This document shows, piece by piece, positions 31,902-43,669 of a stretch of DNA of 64,000 nt. Each line of letters opens with the position of its first letter. The first letter of the stretch is position 1. The stretch lies in the NCBI GenBank assembly GCA_963662945.1, contig OY759974.1, positions 1,824,001 through 1,888,000 of the forward strand. The letters are read 5' to 3'. The notes under the pieces are model-generated. The model was not told the origin of the DNA. It worked only from the letters and a program-made list of their open reading frames with translations, and did not search any database. Origin of the DNA: Arcobacteraceae bacterium. GTDB taxonomy: Bacteria; Campylobacterota; Campylobacteria; Campylobacterales; Arcobacteraceae. A program made the position numbers and the translations under genes.

Positions 31902-33229
31902 TGGATATGACTCCAAAACAAATAGTATCTTATCTTGATGATTATATCATCGGTCAAAAAGATGCAAAAAAAACAATTGCAATTGCTTTACGAAATAGAT
32001 ATAGAAGAATGCAGTTAGACGACGCAATGCAAGAAGAGATTATGCCAAAAAATATCCTTATGATAGGAAGTACTGGTGTAGGTAAAACTGAGATAGCTAG
32101 ACGTATGGCAAAGATGATGAATTTGCCTTTTATTAAAGTTGAAGCAAGTAAATATACTGAAGTTGGTTATGTTGGAAGAGAAGTTGAATCTATGATAAAA
32201 GATTTAGCACATGAGTCTTATAATCTAGTGACACGAGAATATGAAGAGCAAATCAAAGGTTCTATAGATGAAGAAGTAATTAGACAAATTGTAGAAATAC
32301 TTGTTCCTCCATTACCAGAATCTGCAAGTGAAAATGCAAAAGAATCATTTATAAAAACTTATAATATGATGGAAACTAAAGTAAAAGATGGTTCAATGGA
32401 TGATAAAAAAATTACTATAGAACTTCCTAAGACAACACATGTAGAGATTGTTGATAGTAATTTACCTATGGATATGAGTGCTATTAGCGAAAGCATCAAT
32501 AATATGATGGGTAAAATGGGTAAAGAGAAGATTAAAAAAGAAGTTACTATCAAAGAAGCAAAAAAACAATTAAGAGTATTAGCTAGTGACTCTTTATTAG
32601 ATAAAGAAGCTTTAAAACAAGAAGCGGTAAACAGATGCGAAAATGGTGGTATTATTTTTCTCGATGAGATAGATAAAATTGCAACTGGAAATACAAGTAA
32701 AAACTCAGACCCAAGTAAAGAAGGGGTACAACGAGATTTACTTCCAATAGTTGAGGGAAGTAGTGTACATACAAGATATGGTCAAGTGAAAACAGATCAT
32801 ATCTTATTTATAGCAGCTGGTGCATTTCATGTAAGTAAACCAAGTGATCTTCTTCCTGAATTACAAGGAAGATTTCCTTTAAGAGTAGAGTTAAATCCTC
32901 TTGATGAAGAAGCATTATATAAGATTCTGACAAATACTAAAAACTCACTTTTAAGACAATATGAGGCGTTATTAAAAGTTGAAGGTGTAAATCTAGAGTT
33001 TGAAGATGAGGCAATCAGATCTTTTGCAAAATTAAGTGTTAGTGCCAATGAAAAAGCTGAAGATATAGGTGCTAGAAGATTACATACGGTTATTGAAAAA
33101 GTTTTAGAAGATATAAGTTTTGAAGCAGATGAGCATAATGGTGAGACAATAATAGTCACAAAAGAATTGGTTCATGAGAAATTAGAAGATATTGCTCAAA
33201 ACGAAGATACAGCAAGATATATTTTATAA
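31901..33229 (+). CDS. hslU: ATP-dependent protease ATPase subunit HslU
   Basis: GSTGVGKTE, GYVG, DEIDK, GVQRDLLP. Confidence 0.97.
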   Translation: MDMTPKQIVSYLDDYIIGQKDAKKTIAIALRNRYRRMQLDDAMQEEIMPKNILMIGSTGVGKTEIARRMAKMMNLPFIKVEASKYTEVGYVGREVESMIKDLAHESYNLVTREYEEQIKGSIDEEVIRQIVEILVPPLPESASENAKESFIKTYNMMETKVKDGSMDDKKITIELPKTTHVEIVDSNLPMDMSAISESINNMMGKMGKEKIKKEVTIKEAKKQLRVLASDSLLDKEALKQEAVNRCENGGIIFLDEIDKIATGNTSKNSDPSKEGVQRDLLPIVEGSSVHTRYGQVKTDHILFIAAGAFHVSKPSDLLPELQGRFPLRVELNPLDEEALYKILTNTKNSLLRQYEALLKVEGVNLEFEDEAIRSFAKLSVSANEKAEDIGARRLHTVIEKVLEDISFEADEHNGETIIVTKELVHEKLEDIAQNEDTARYIL

Positions 33230-33282
33230 TTACATAAGATAGGTTTGGTTAAAATAGTTAATAATTCATTTTGGAGAAAGTT

Positions 33283-33576
33283 ATGAAAATTTCAAGTTTT
33301 GAAGATGTAGAAGCAGCAGGTTACGATATTTGTTTTGTGCACAGTGGTTGTGATGGTGATGCGGATGTTGTAATATTGGATATAAACAGTATATTTGACT
33401 ATGAAGAGAAAAAACACGAAATTTGTAAAGATAAGTTCACTTCAATAGCAATTATTGATGATCCTAGCGATTATGATGCTTTTAAAAATTTTGGTATAAC
33501 AGCTTGGATTAAAAGAGAAGATGTTTCAAAGCTACCAGAGCTTTTAAAAGAAGTTGAAACAAGAATGGCTGCTTAG
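33283..33576 (+). CDS. Hypothetical protein, possibly degenerate receiver-like fold
   Basis: GGAG RBS before ATG 33283; DVVILDI and GITAWIKRE resemble CheY-like beta3/beta5. Confidence 0.6.
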   Translation: MKISSFEDVEAAGYDICFVHSGCDGDADVVILDINSIFDYEEKKHEICKDKFTSIAIIDDPSDYDAFKNFGITAWIKREDVSKLPELLKEVETRMAA

Positions 33577-33590
33577 TCTTTTTGTTATAA

Positions 33591-34376
33591 ATGTCGATTA
33601 TAGATACACATTGTCATCTTGATAATATACAATATCAAGGTGATATTGATGATGTTATACAAACTGCATTACAAAATGGTGTTGAAGCCTTTTTAATACC
33701 CGGTGCAGATCCAAAAGATTTACCAGTTGCTGTGGCTTTAAGTGAAAAATATGATGAGGTGTTTTTTGCTGTTGGAGTCCATCCTTATGATTTAGAGAAT
33801 TTTGATATAAATATTTTAGAAAAATATGTTACACATCCTAAGTGTATAGCTGTAGGAGAATGTGGTTTAGACTATTTTAGACTTCCTGATAATGAACAAG
33901 AAAAACTTCAAAATATACAACTCCAAAAAAATATTTTCATCGAACAAATAGAATTTGCAAAAAAAGTAAAAAAACCTTTAATAGTCCATATTAGAGATGC
34001 TTCTGATGATAGTAGAAGAATTCTTATAGAAAATAATGCTTCAGAAGTTGGTGGTGTTTTACATTGTTATAATGCAAGTGAACACTTACTAATTTTGAGT
34101 GAACATAATTTTTATTTTGGTATTGGTGGGGTAGTTACTTTTAAAAATGCAAAAAAACTTGTGGAAATTTTACCAAAAATACCGTTGGATAAACTTCTTA
34201 TAGAAACAGATGCACCTTATTTGACTCCACATCCTTTCAGAGGAACAAGAAATGAACCAATTTATACAAATGATATAGCGGTTAAAATTTCAGAAATCTT
34301 AAAAAAAACAAAAAATGAGATAGAAAATCTTACCACAAATAATGCAAAAGCCCTATTTAAAGAGTTTAATAGATAA
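33591..34376 (+). CDS. tatD: TatD family hydrolase
   Basis: DTHCHL, GECGLDY, VHIRDA, HCY, ETDAPYL. Confidence 0.93.
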   Translation: MSIIDTHCHLDNIQYQGDIDDVIQTALQNGVEAFLIPGADPKDLPVAVALSEKYDEVFFAVGVHPYDLENFDINILEKYVTHPKCIAVGECGLDYFRLPDNEQEKLQNIQLQKNIFIEQIEFAKKVKKPLIVHIRDASDDSRRILIENNASEVGGVLHCYNASEHLLILSEHNFYFGIGGVVTFKNAKKLVEILPKIPLDKLLIETDAPYLTPHPFRGTRNEPIYTNDIAVKISEILKKTKNEIENLTTNNAKALFKEFNR

Positions 34377-34425
34377 ATTTAGCTAAAATATATACAATTA
34401 TTAAATTTAAATAAAAGGTATTTGT

Positions 34426-35811
34426 TTGAAATTGTTTTTAAAAATAATATTATTGTCTGTTATAGCATCATTTTTGAATGCTACATTAGTAAGTACGGCA
34501 TTTGTAAATAGTGATTTAAGAGTTTTAGAAGAATTAGATATAAGTAGTGAATATATTACAGATTATCAACTACAGCAAGAGTTTCAAAACAGTTTAAAAT
34601 ATACACAGAAACGATATACACAAAAATTAAATAATGCATATTTATTCGTTCCTAAAATCAAAAAAGTTTTAAGAGAAAATAATATTCCATCAGCATTCTT
34701 ATATTTAGTAATGGCGGAATCAAATTTTGTTTTAGATGCATCAAGTCATAAAAGCGCAAAAGGTATGTGGCAGTTTATGGAAGAAACAGCAAACCATTAT
34801 GGACTTAAAACTGATGAATTTATTGATGAAAGAATGGATATAGTAAAGTCAACACAAGCTGCAGTAAAATATCTTCAACGACTGCATGATATGTTTGATA
34901 AATGGTATTTAGCAGCAGTGGCATACAATTGTGGTGAAGGTAGAGTTATAGAAGGATTAACTCGAGCTACAATTGATATGTATTGTGATGATGTTGGATA
35001 TAAAGTTTGTCGAAAAGACCCTAAAATCAATGAATATAGAAAAGTGATTAGACTTTATCAAACAAGAAGAGTTAAATTTCATGAATTAAATAGAATTTAT
35101 AAAGAAGTAAAAAAATGGAAATATAAACCAGACATTGATAAACTTTTAGTGGTTCAAAAAAGTGTTAATCGTCAATATTTGCCAGAAGAGAGTCGTGGAT
35201 ATATAAGAAAAATCATTACACTTGCTATGATGAATAATAGTGATTTTTTAATTAAAGATGAAAATACACATCTTTTAAATAGAGGAATTAGTGACCCAAT
35301 TGCAAATATTGAGGTAAAAGGAGGAGTACTTTTACGAAATGTTGCAGAGGTTATAGGGATAGATAAAGATAAATTAAAAGAATTAAATCAACATATAAAG
35401 AGAAATATTTTACCTTTAGATAATGACACATATACACTGTATATTCCATATTCAAAACTTTCAAGATACAATGCAAATAAACAAAATTTAAAATCTACAC
35501 AATATGAAATTTATAAAGTTAAAAAAGGGGATACCTTAGCTTCTATAGGGAGACAATATTCTTTAAATTACAAAACAATAAAAAAACATAATCATTTAAA
35601 ATCAAATTTTTTAAGTCTTAATCAAGAATTGATAATCCCTATTGATCCAGATTTATATAAAAAACCTATTAATTATATTGTACGAGTTGGAGATACTTTA
35701 AATAAAATTGCTACAAAACATAATGTAGACTTTAAACAACTTATGAAAGACAATAACTTGAAAACAAGTATGATAAGAATAGGAGATAGAATTGTTATTA
35801 AGTTTAGATAA
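34426..35811 (+). CDS. mltD: Lytic transglycosylase with LysM domains (MltD-like)
   Basis: AES, AKGMWQFM, AYNCGEG, two LysM repeats. Confidence 0.88.
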   Translation: MKLFLKIILLSVIASFLNATLVSTAFVNSDLRVLEELDISSEYITDYQLQQEFQNSLKYTQKRYTQKLNNAYLFVPKIKKVLRENNIPSAFLYLVMAESNFVLDASSHKSAKGMWQFMEETANHYGLKTDEFIDERMDIVKSTQAAVKYLQRLHDMFDKWYLAAVAYNCGEGRVIEGLTRATIDMYCDDVGYKVCRKDPKINEYRKVIRLYQTRRVKFHELNRIYKEVKKWKYKPDIDKLLVVQKSVNRQYLPEESRGYIRKIITLAMMNNSDFLIKDENTHLLNRGISDPIANIEVKGGVLLRNVAEVIGIDKDKLKELNQHIKRNILPLDNDTYTLYIPYSKLSRYNANKQNLKSTQYEIYKVKKGDTLASIGRQYSLNYKTIKKHNHLKSNFLSLNQELIIPIDPDLYKKPINYIVRVGDTLNKIATKHNVDFKQLMKDNNLKTSMIRIGDRIVIKFR

Positions 35812-36607
35812 ATTAGTAGCACTTTTTTTAATTTTATTTTTTACAGGATGTGGTAGTCGATATGGCTATGTAGATAAAAGTTACTACTCTTCATCTTATT
35901 CAAATCAACAATATCAAAAAACAGCATCAACAAGTTCAAAAATTAATGATAGTCAAGCGATGCATAGAGCTACCATGCGTCCTTATGAGGTATTTGGAAA
36001 AACGTATCATCCTACTGTTGCACATGTTAATGATCAATTTGAAGGTATAGCATCTTGGTATGGTCCAGATTTTCATGCAAAAAAAACTAGTAATGGTGAA
36101 ATCTACAATATGTATGCACAAACAGCGGCACATAAAACATTACCTATGAATACAATGGTTCGAGTGGACAACTTAGATAATGGGAAAAGTACAATTGTTA
36201 GAATTAATGATAGAGGACCTTTTGTTACTGGTAGAATAATAGATCTCTCAAATAAAGCAGCTCATGATGTTAATATGGTAAAAAAAGGGACTGCAAAAGT
36301 ACGATTAACAGTTCTTGGTTTTAATGGAAAAATAGCTAAAACTTATGAAGAAAAACAAGAAACAGCAACTGTTGGGAACTACTATGTTCAGGTTGGTGTA
36401 TTTGCAAGAGTTGAAGGTGCAAATATAACAAAACGAAAATTTGAAATGATTTTAGATGAAAATAAATATCGAGTTGTTCTAAAAGATGGAATGTTAAATG
36501 GTACAAAGATAAAAAGAGTATGGATTAGTGGATTTAGAAGTGAAGATGAAGCACGAGATTTTAAAGAAACAAATAATCTAAAAACAGCTATGATTATAGC
36601 TCAATAA
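35792..36607 (+). CDS. rlpA: RlpA family septal lytic transglycosylase lipoprotein
   Basis: Lipobox FTGC; ASWYG, AAHKTLP, RINDRGPF, SPOR domain. Confidence 0.92.
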   Translation: MLLSLDKLVALFLILFFTGCGSRYGYVDKSYYSSSYSNQQYQKTASTSSKINDSQAMHRATMRPYEVFGKTYHPTVAHVNDQFEGIASWYGPDFHAKKTSNGEIYNMYAQTAAHKTLPMNTMVRVDNLDNGKSTIVRINDRGPFVTGRIIDLSNKAAHDVNMVKKGTAKVRLTVLGFNGKIAKTYEEKQETATVGNYYVQVGVFARVEGANITKRKFEMILDENKYRVVLKDGMLNGTKIKRVWISGFRSEDEARDFKETNNLKTAMIIAQ

Positions 36608-36616
36608 GGACACTAA

Positions 36617-37189
36617 ATGGAAAAATTAGAACGAGTTACTAAAGAAACAAAAATTAGTTGTAGTTTAGATATTAACGGAACTGGAAAATCATCAATAAAA
36701 ACTAATATTGGCTTTTTTGATCATATGTTAGAAGCATTAAGTAAGCATAGCGGTATTGATATTGAGCTTACTTGTGATGGTGATTTGCATGTTGATGATC
36801 ATCATAGTGTAGAAGATTGTGGAATAGTAATAGGGCAACTTCTTAAAAAAGCAATATTTCCAATTGCAAATGTAGAGAGATATGGTAATGCAACTGTAGT
36901 GATGGATGAAGCAAGTGTAACTTGTGCATTAGATTTAAGTAATCGACCTTTTTTAGTATATGAGATGGATATATTTGGAAAAGTTGGTTCATTTGATGTT
37001 GAGTTGGCTGAAGAGTTTTTTCATGCTTTAGTTATGAATAGTGGAATTACAGCACACATTATTCAAGATAGAGGAAGAAATAAACACCATATTATTGAAG
37101 CAGCATTTAAATCTTTTGCAGTTGCTCTTCGTCGTGCATTAGTAAAAAATGAGAAGTTAGGAATTCCTAGTACTAAAGGTGTATTATAA
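36617..37189 (+). CDS. hisB: Imidazoleglycerol-phosphate dehydratase
   Basis: FFDHML, DDHHSVED, NKHHIIEA. Confidence 0.96.
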   Translation: MEKLERVTKETKISCSLDINGTGKSSIKTNIGFFDHMLEALSKHSGIDIELTCDGDLHVDDHHSVEDCGIVIGQLLKKAIFPIANVERYGNATVVMDEASVTCALDLSNRPFLVYEMDIFGKVGSFDVELAEEFFHALVMNSGITAHIIQDRGRNKHHIIEAAFKSFAVALRRALVKNEKLGIPSTKGVL

Positions 37190-37190
37190 T

Positions 37191-37685
37191 ATGATAGAAT
37201 TAATTATCATTGACGTTGATGGTACATTAACAGATGGTTCCATTGTTTACACAAATAGTGGTGATGAGTTAAAAAGTTTTGATGTTAAAGATGGTTTAGC
37301 TATAGCTTCTTGGACTAAAAAGATGGGAAAAAAAGCTGCTATTATAACAGGAAGAAAATCACAACTTGTAGAACGAAGAGCAAAAGAATTGGGTATTACA
37401 CATCTGTATCAAGGATATGATAATAAAGATGAGATATTAGAAAAAATACTACAAGAAGAAAATCTTACTTGGGCACAAACAGCTGCTATTGGCGATGATT
37501 TAAATGATTATAAAATGTTAAAAAAAGTGGGGCTTTCTTTTTGTGTTGCTGATGCTGTTGATGATATTAAATCTATGGTAAACATTGTATGTAAAAAAAA
37601 TGGTGGTTCTGGGGCTGTAAGAGAGATGATTGAGTATATAATACAAGAAGACCAGCTAAAAGGTTTAAAAGAACTATGGGTATAA
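37191..37685 (+). CDS. kdsC: KDO 8-phosphate phosphatase
   Basis: DVDGTLTDG, FDVKDG, GDDLND, GGSGAVRE; start moved to ATG 37191. Confidence 0.92.
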   Translation: MIELIIIDVDGTLTDGSIVYTNSGDELKSFDVKDGLAIASWTKKMGKKAAIITGRKSQLVERRAKELGITHLYQGYDNKDEILEKILQEENLTWAQTAAIGDDLNDYKMLKKVGLSFCVADAVDDIKSMVNIVCKKNGGSGAVREMIEYIIQEDQLKGLKELWV

Positions 37686-38197
37686 ATAAGTTCATATATT
37701 TTTTACTTATATGTTCCATATTAGTTTTATTTTATGAAAAAGATGAAAAAGTTGTCGTTACAAACAATCAAGAAAAACCAGAAATTAGTTTTTATAGTTC
37801 TACTGCTTATGATATAACCACAGAAGGAGTAAATCAGGTTGTGCGTTCTAATGAGGCTTATATGTATAAAACCAGAGAAGAGTTAGTCTCAGGAACTCTA
37901 ATAAGTAAGGGTGAAACAGCAAATAGTGCAAATATAGTAAGTGGAGATCATTTTCTTAAAATAGGAAATCAATTATATATTGATGGTAATGTAAATCTGC
38001 AATTAGAAAATGATATTGATATTACAACAGAACAATTAGAGTATAACATTCAAACAAAGATAGCAAAAAATAGTTTACCTTTTGAAGCTATACAATATAA
38101 TCATACTTTTGATGGTAATAATTTATATTTAGATTTAATGAAAAAGTATATTAAAGCAGATAATACAAAAATGAAAATAGAGGTTATAAATGAATAA
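37676..38197 (+). CDS. lptC: LPS export protein LptC-like
   Basis: N-terminal TM, beta-jellyroll-like sequence, kdsC-lptC-lptA synteny. Confidence 0.7.
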   Translation: MGINKFIYFLLICSILVLFYEKDEKVVVTNNQEKPEISFYSSTAYDITTEGVNQVVRSNEAYMYKTREELVSGTLISKGETANSANIVSGDHFLKIGNQLYIDGNVNLQLENDIDITTEQLEYNIQTKIAKNSLPFEAIQYNHTFDGNNLYLDLMKKYIKADNTKMKIEVINE

Positions 38198-38690
38198 ATT
38201 AATAAGTATATTGTTTTTAATAATTAGTTTTAATTACGTAAGTGCAGAAGAAACATATCTTAATATTGATGCATCATTTTTTGAAGCAGATGAAACAAAG
38301 CAAATTATGATATTTAAAGGGAATGTAAAAATGACTAAAAACAAAGATATTTTACTTTGTAAAAAATTAGTTATTAATACAGTACCATCAAAAGATAATT
38401 CGAAAAAACAAATACCAAAAGATTATAAAGCAACAGGAGATGTTCATTTTACAATACATACAGCTCAAAATATCTTAAAAGGTAAGGGTGATACTGTGTT
38501 ATATTACCCAGATGAATTAAAATATATCATTATAGGAAATGGGTATTTAGAAGATACAAAAGAGGGTAAAAAAGTTACCGCAAATAAAATTTATATAGAT
38601 GAAAAAACAGGACATACAAAAATAGATGGTGATGCAAATAAACCAGTAAAATTTAGACTTAAAATTGAAGAAAAGAAGGAACAAAAGTGA
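38190..38690 (+). CDS. lptA: LPS transport periplasmic protein LptA
   Basis: Signal peptide, FKGNV, ATGDV; synteny. Confidence 0.8.
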   Translation: MNKLISILFLIISFNYVSAEETYLNIDASFFEADETKQIMIFKGNVKMTKNKDILLCKKLVINTVPSKDNSKKQIPKDYKATGDVHFTIHTAQNILKGKGDTVLYYPDELKYIIIGNGYLEDTKEGKKVTANKIYIDEKTGHTKIDGDANKPVKFRLKIEEKKEQK

Positions 38691-39304
38691 AAGATTTAAA
38701 AATAGTTGATGCAGCTTTTGCAACTTCTGCACAAAGATTAGATGATTCTCCACCACCAGATAAAGCAGAAATTGCTTTTTTAGGAAGAAGTAATGTTGGA
38801 AAAAGTTCTCTTTTAAATTCTTTGACAAAAAGAAAAACACTTGCAAAATCTTCTTCTACACCTGGAAAAACACAACTAATTAATTATTTTGATATTACAT
38901 TTAAAGATTATAATGAAGAGAATGAGTTAAAAAACTATTATGCACGATTTGTAGATTTACCAGGATTTGGATACGCAAAAGTTTCAAAATCATTAAAAAA
39001 AAATTGGCATAAAAATTTAACAGACTTTTTAGAACAAAGAGCTTCATTACAAATTTTTGTACATCTTATTGATTCAAGACACTCAACACTAGATATTGAT
39101 AAAAGTGTTGATGAGTTTTTAAATCACATTAAAAGAGGTGATCAGATTATTATTAATGCTTTTACAAAAATTGATAAATTAAAACAAACAGAATTACAAA
39201 AATTACAAAGAGAATATCCAGATGGAATTTTTATAAGTAATTTAAAGAATAAGGGTATGCAAGCTTTAGAAAAAAGAATTGCTGATTATTTATTTGGAGA
39301 ATAG
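38687..39304 (+). CDS. engB: Ribosome biogenesis GTPase YihA/EngB
   Basis: GRSNVGKSS, TPGKTQ, DLPGFGYA, TKIDK. Confidence 0.95.
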   Translation: MKDLKIVDAAFATSAQRLDDSPPPDKAEIAFLGRSNVGKSSLLNSLTKRKTLAKSSSTPGKTQLINYFDITFKDYNEENELKNYYARFVDLPGFGYAKVSKSLKKNWHKNLTDFLEQRASLQIFVHLIDSRHSTLDIDKSVDEFLNHIKRGDQIIINAFTKIDKLKQTELQKLQREYPDGIFISNLKNKGMQALEKRIADYLFGE

Positions 39305-39307
39305 GGT

Positions 39308-39772
39308 ATGGAAAAATTGAATTTTTTTAAACCAAATGTATTAGATATAGAAAAAATGCAAAAACTAGTTGCACGTGATGTGGAAAATGGTAACATTCTA
39401 GATAGAAATTATAATGAGATGGCCACAACAATTCGTTCATATACAGCAGTGAAAGATGGCGATGATATTGTAGGTTTCATTGCTCTTCATATACATACTG
39501 TAGAGTTAGCTGAAATTAGAAGTTTAGTTGTTCAAGAAAGTTATAGAAATCATGGAATTGCAAAAGAGCTTATTCAAAAGGCAATAGATGAAGCAAAATT
39601 TCTAAATTTAAAAAAGTTATTAGTGCTTACCTATAAGAAACAATTATTTGAATTTTTTAATTTTGTGGAAATTCCAAAAGAGAGTATTCCAGAAACAAAA
39701 ATATGGGCAGATTGTATTAAATGTAAACATTTTCCTGTTTGTGATGAAGTTTCTTTAGTGTTGGATATTTAA
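39308..39772 (+). CDS. GNAT N-acetyltransferase (short ArgA-like)
   Basis: AEIRSL, YRNHGIA, KIWADCIKC..FP.CDE. Confidence 0.8.
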   Translation: MEKLNFFKPNVLDIEKMQKLVARDVENGNILDRNYNEMATTIRSYTAVKDGDDIVGFIALHIHTVELAEIRSLVVQESYRNHGIAKELIQKAIDEAKFLNLKKLLVLTYKKQLFEFFNFVEIPKESIPETKIWADCIKCKHFPVCDEVSLVLDI

Positions 39773-39822
39773 TCTAATTTTTGTATAATAACCAATATTG
39801 AGACTTTATATAAGTAAGGATA

Positions 39823-41001
39823 TTGAAGATGTTTTTTAATAGTGGACTAAAACAGGAATTGGAATCTTCTAAAAATCAAATAGAGATTTTAAAAAAAGAA
39901 AAAGATGAGTTAGGAATTGAAGTAGATACTTTAAATAAAAAGTTATTAACCAATGAACAAACTAATCAGACATTAGTAAAAGAGTTACAACAGTTAAAAG
40001 ATGAGATCGTCCATTTAAAAGAACATCAAGTCCAAGAAAAATCTATAGATACAAAGGATGAAAAATTAAAAACTCTTTTTAAATATCAAAATGATAATCT
40101 TAAAAAAGGTCTTTTAGATATTCAAGCAAATATTTCAGAGTCTACAGAATTAGCAAGAACAAATTTAAGTGAGTCTTATAAAATAAATTCTACTTATGAA
40201 GAATCTAAAAACAAATTAAATACTATAGTCAATGATATTGCTTCATTAAATAATAATGCTACAGAAATTAATAGTGTTGTAAGTGAGTTGAATACAAAAG
40301 CTTCAAATATTGCTGATGCTGTTGTAACTATTGATCAAATATCTTTCCAAACAAATATTTTATCTTTAAACGCAGCAGTAGAAGCTGCAACAGCAGGAGA
40401 AGCTGGTAAAGGTTTTGCAGTTGTTGCACAAGAGGTACGAAATCTTGCTACAAGAAGTGCTGAAGCCGCTAAAGAGATTACGAATGTAGTAAATTCTATC
40501 CAAGATAGTGTCGAACAAACAAATAAAAAATTTGCAATTATGACAAAAGCAATAGATGATATTTCCAATGAAACAGTAAGTTATTCTACAAATATCAATG
40601 ATGTTATGGTAACTTCAAAAGATACTTTTGCGGGGCTTGGTCATATTACAGATAGAATCTTTATGAGTTTAGCAAAACTGGATCATGTTATTTGGAAAGT
40701 AAACACATATTTATCTGTAGCAAATAAGGAACCAGCATTTGCGTTTGTTGACCATAAAAACTGTAGACTTGGTAAATGGTACAATGAAGGATTAGGGAAA
40801 AGATATTTTGCTAATACACCTAGTTATTCAAAATTAGATAATCCACATTCACGTGTACATAATGGTACACATCATGTCTTTGATGAAATTAAAAAAGAGA
40901 AGTTAGATTATGACAAACTTTTAACTTCATTTAAAGAGATGGAAGATGCTAGTGATGAAGTATTTGCACTTTTAGATAGAATACTTCACGAACGAGGTTA
41001 A
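39823..41001 (+). CDS. Soluble chemoreceptor with C-terminal CZB domain
   Basis: [46 protein letters not shown]; no TM. Confidence 0.9.
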   Translation: MKMFFNSGLKQELESSKNQIEILKKEKDELGIEVDTLNKKLLTNEQTNQTLVKELQQLKDEIVHLKEHQVQEKSIDTKDEKLKTLFKYQNDNLKKGLLDIQANISESTELARTNLSESYKINSTYEESKNKLNTIVNDIASLNNNATEINSVVSELNTKASNIADAVVTIDQISFQTNILSLNAAVEAATAGEAGKGFAVVAQEVRNLATRSAEAAKEITNVVNSIQDSVEQTNKKFAIMTKAIDDISNETVSYSTNINDVMVTSKDTFAGLGHITDRIFMSLAKLDHVIWKVNTYLSVANKEPAFAFVDHKNCRLGKWYNEGLGKRYFANTPSYSKLDNPHSRVHNGTHHVFDEIKKEKLDYDKLLTSFKEMEDASDEVFALLDRILHERG

Positions 41002-43301
41002 ATAGCTATTCTCGTTGATAACAAATCATCAATTACTGTTTGACGGTTTGTTATTTCCAATTTCTTACAAGCACTTTTAAAAGCCTCATCTTCTCCAACA
41101 ACATAACACATACTTTTTGCTCTTGTAATTGCTGTATAAAGTAATTTTGTATTATGCATAATAAAATGACTAAAACTCATGGGAATAAGTGCATTTTCAT
41201 ACTCCATACCTTGTGTTTTATGAATTGTGAGACAATAAGCAAGTGAAATTAAACTATCGAGTGTATCAAAATCATAAAATACTACCATATCATCAGTTGG
41301 ATAAAGTACTAGTAGTTTAGTATTGTCATAATCTATTTTTATCACCATTCCAAGTTGACCATTAAATACTCTTTTTTCTACATATTCAGTTGAGCCGCTT
41401 TTATAGCTAGTCATTGTTTGTGATTTCATATTTTCATTTTTAATATGTATTACTTTATCTGCTAATTTATATTCATAGGTTTTAGTTTGTATCCCTGCAG
41501 ATTTAGTGTTATTGATAAGTTTTTGTAGATTGATATTTAAATTTTCAACACCAAGCGGTCCATTTTTGATAGGTGTTATAACTTGAAAAAGTGTAAGAAA
41601 TTTATCAATTTGTTTTTCTTGAATATATTTATACATGGGTTCTATATAATTTGCAGTAATATTTAAAATAGTGTGTAAAATATTAAGATTATTTTCAGTT
41701 CGCAAAGTATTTATCTCATAATCACTTAAAACAGCTTTTTGCACATAATAGTTAGCAATTGAGACATCAATAAATTTAAAATCTTCATAATCATCTTTAT
41801 ATTGTGGAACTTGACCACATCGTATCTCATTTGCAATAACAGCTATTGCTTGATGTTCATTTTGTCTATATATTTTTGTGAGTTTACAAATAGGTGCTAG
41901 TTCATATTTAATAGCATCTCTTAGTATATCTCCAGCGCCAATTGCAGGAAGTTGTCCATCATCTCCAACGATTATTAAAATTGTATCAGGATCGATTCTA
42001 GATAATATTTTATAAAAAGTGACACTATTAACCATGCTTGATTCATCAATAAGTATTACTTTATAATCAAAATAATCTTTATCACTATTTTCTATTTTTA
42101 CTAAGGAAGATTGAATAGTACTACTTTTATAACCTGTTGTATCAGATATTCTTTGAGCAGCGATTCCACTAAGTGCCATACAATGAATATCATCATAACT
42201 AATTATCTCTTCAAGTAGTTCAAGTATTGCACGACTTGAGGTAGATTTACCAGTTCCTGCATAACCAATGAGTAAAATAGTATTTTCCCCATCATTGATA
42301 AGACTTACTGCTTTTTGTTGCTCACTACTAAGGGTAAAGCCTAAGCTTTCTTGTTTTTTAGTGATATAAGTTTCAAAGTCTTTAATAATTTTTTTATCTC
42401 TGTTATGTGCTTTTCTATTTTTTAAAATGTCTAAAATTTTTGTTTCACATCGAAAATAAATATTTGGAGCAAATCTATCTTTTATAGTTTCATTTATCTC
42501 CTCTTTAGCTAGAAGACTTATAAGTGCATTTTCGTATAAAGTATCTTTTTCTTTAAAGTTTAGTGCCTCATTCATAAGTGAAAAAAGTTGTTCTTTACTT
42601 ATGGAACTATTTCCATTTGCTTCACAAAATTCTCTTAATGTATAGTTCATACATGCAGTAATTCGAAAGTTACTTTCTTTATCAATACCAAGTTTTGTGC
42701 CTATCTCATCTGCTCTTTTAAATCCTATTCCTTTTATGGAAGTAAGCATATAAGGGTTTTCCTTGATTTTTTCTATGAGGTTTTCTACATTCTCAAAATA
42801 TTGATATATTTTATTGATAAAACTACTACTTACTCCAAATTGTGCTAAGAAACTTCCAAGTTCACGAAGATGTTTAAACTTATTCCAAGAAGTCACTATT
42901 TGTGTGAGTTTTTTTTCTTTTATTCCTTTAAATTCTAAAAGTTTAGCAGGAGTATTATCAAGAATTTCACATAATTCATCATCGTCATATTTTTGCGTTA
43001 ATTCTAATGCAAGTTTTTTTGAGACACCTTTTACTATTCTCGTTAAAAAGAAAAATATTTCAGCTTCTTTAAGTTCCAGTGATGTAAAAACAAATTGTAC
43101 TCCATATTTTTTATGGGTGTTCCAACGTCCTGTGATAATGATTTCACTACCAACAAGTTTTTCTAAATCTGTATCAAAATATTGACCACAAATTTTTTGA
43201 TCATTTTCAAGAACTGCTATGTAGTAATTATTCTCTTGATTAAAGAAAAGTATTTTTTTTAAAGTTCCTGATAATTTGAAAGATTCATTAGTATCCATCA
43301 T
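40998..43301 (-). CDS. recD2: RecD2-like SF1B DNA helicase
   Basis: HhH repeats, [37 protein letters not shown]. Confidence 0.9.
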   Translation of the reverse strand: MMDTNESFKLSGTLKKILFFNQENNYYIAVLENDQKICGQYFDTDLEKLVGSEIIITGRWNTHKKYGVQFVFTSLELKEAEIFFFLTRIVKGVSKKLALELTQKYDDDELCEILDNTPAKLLEFKGIKEKKLTQIVTSWNKFKHLRELGSFLAQFGVSSSFINKIYQYFENVENLIEKIKENPYMLTSIKGIGFKRADEIGTKLGIDKESNFRITACMNYTLREFCEANGNSSISKEQLFSLMNEALNFKEKDTLYENALISLLAKEEINETIKDRFAPNIYFRCETKILDILKNRKAHNRDKKIIKDFETYITKKQESLGFTLSSEQQKAVSLINDGENTILLIGYAGTGKSTSSRAILELLEEIISYDDIHCMALSGIAAQRISDTTGYKSSTIQSSLVKIENSDKDYFDYKVILIDESSMVNSVTFYKILSRIDPDTILIIVGDDGQLPAIGAGDILRDAIKYELAPICKLTKIYRQNEHQAIAVIANEIRCGQVPQYKDDYEDFKFIDVSIANYYVQKAVLSDYEINTLRTENNLNILHTILNITANYIEPMYKYIQEKQIDKFLTLFQVITPIKNGPLGVENLNINLQKLINNTKSAGIQTKTYEYKLADKVIHIKNENMKSQTMTSYKSGSTEYVEKRVFNGQLGMVIKIDYDNTKLLVLYPTDDMVVFYDFDTLDSLISLAYCLTIHKTQGMEYENALIPMSFSHFIMHNTKLLYTAITRAKSMCYVVGEDEAFKSACKKLEITNRQTVIDDLLSTRIAI

Positions 43302-43653
43302 TAAATTGTTTCTTCTTATGTTTATCTTTTTTATATCGATTATTATTTTTGAGTTTTTCTAATAAGTTAGATTTTTTAAGTATAAGTGCTTTTTCTGTTT
43401 CAAAGTCTTTTGAGTGTTCCTGTAGAGTATCTAAAATGGTTTGTGCTAGGTTTTTAACAGCAACTGGATATTCACTATAAAGTTCACATACTTTTGCTTT
43501 TTGAAGCTCTCCATACGCTTTTAGAGTAGCTTTTTTATAAAGTTCTAGATCAAAATTATCGTATTTCAAAAGAGAAATAGCTTTTGTATTAAATTTTTCT
43601 AGAACTCTAATATATCTTAGTCGTATTGTTTTTTCATTAACTTCTTTTTGCAT
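43288..43653 (-). CDS. Conserved hypothetical protein
   Basis: 121-aa ORF between argJ and recD2, basic tail YKKDKHK. Confidence 0.7.
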   Translation of the reverse strand: MQKEVNEKTIRLRYIRVLEKFNTKAISLLKYDNFDLELYKKATLKAYGELQKAKVCELYSEYPVAVKNLAQTILDTLQEHSKDFETEKALILKKSNLLEKLKNNNRYKKDKHKKKQFNDGY

Positions 43654-43669
43654 TTATCTACATTTATGA

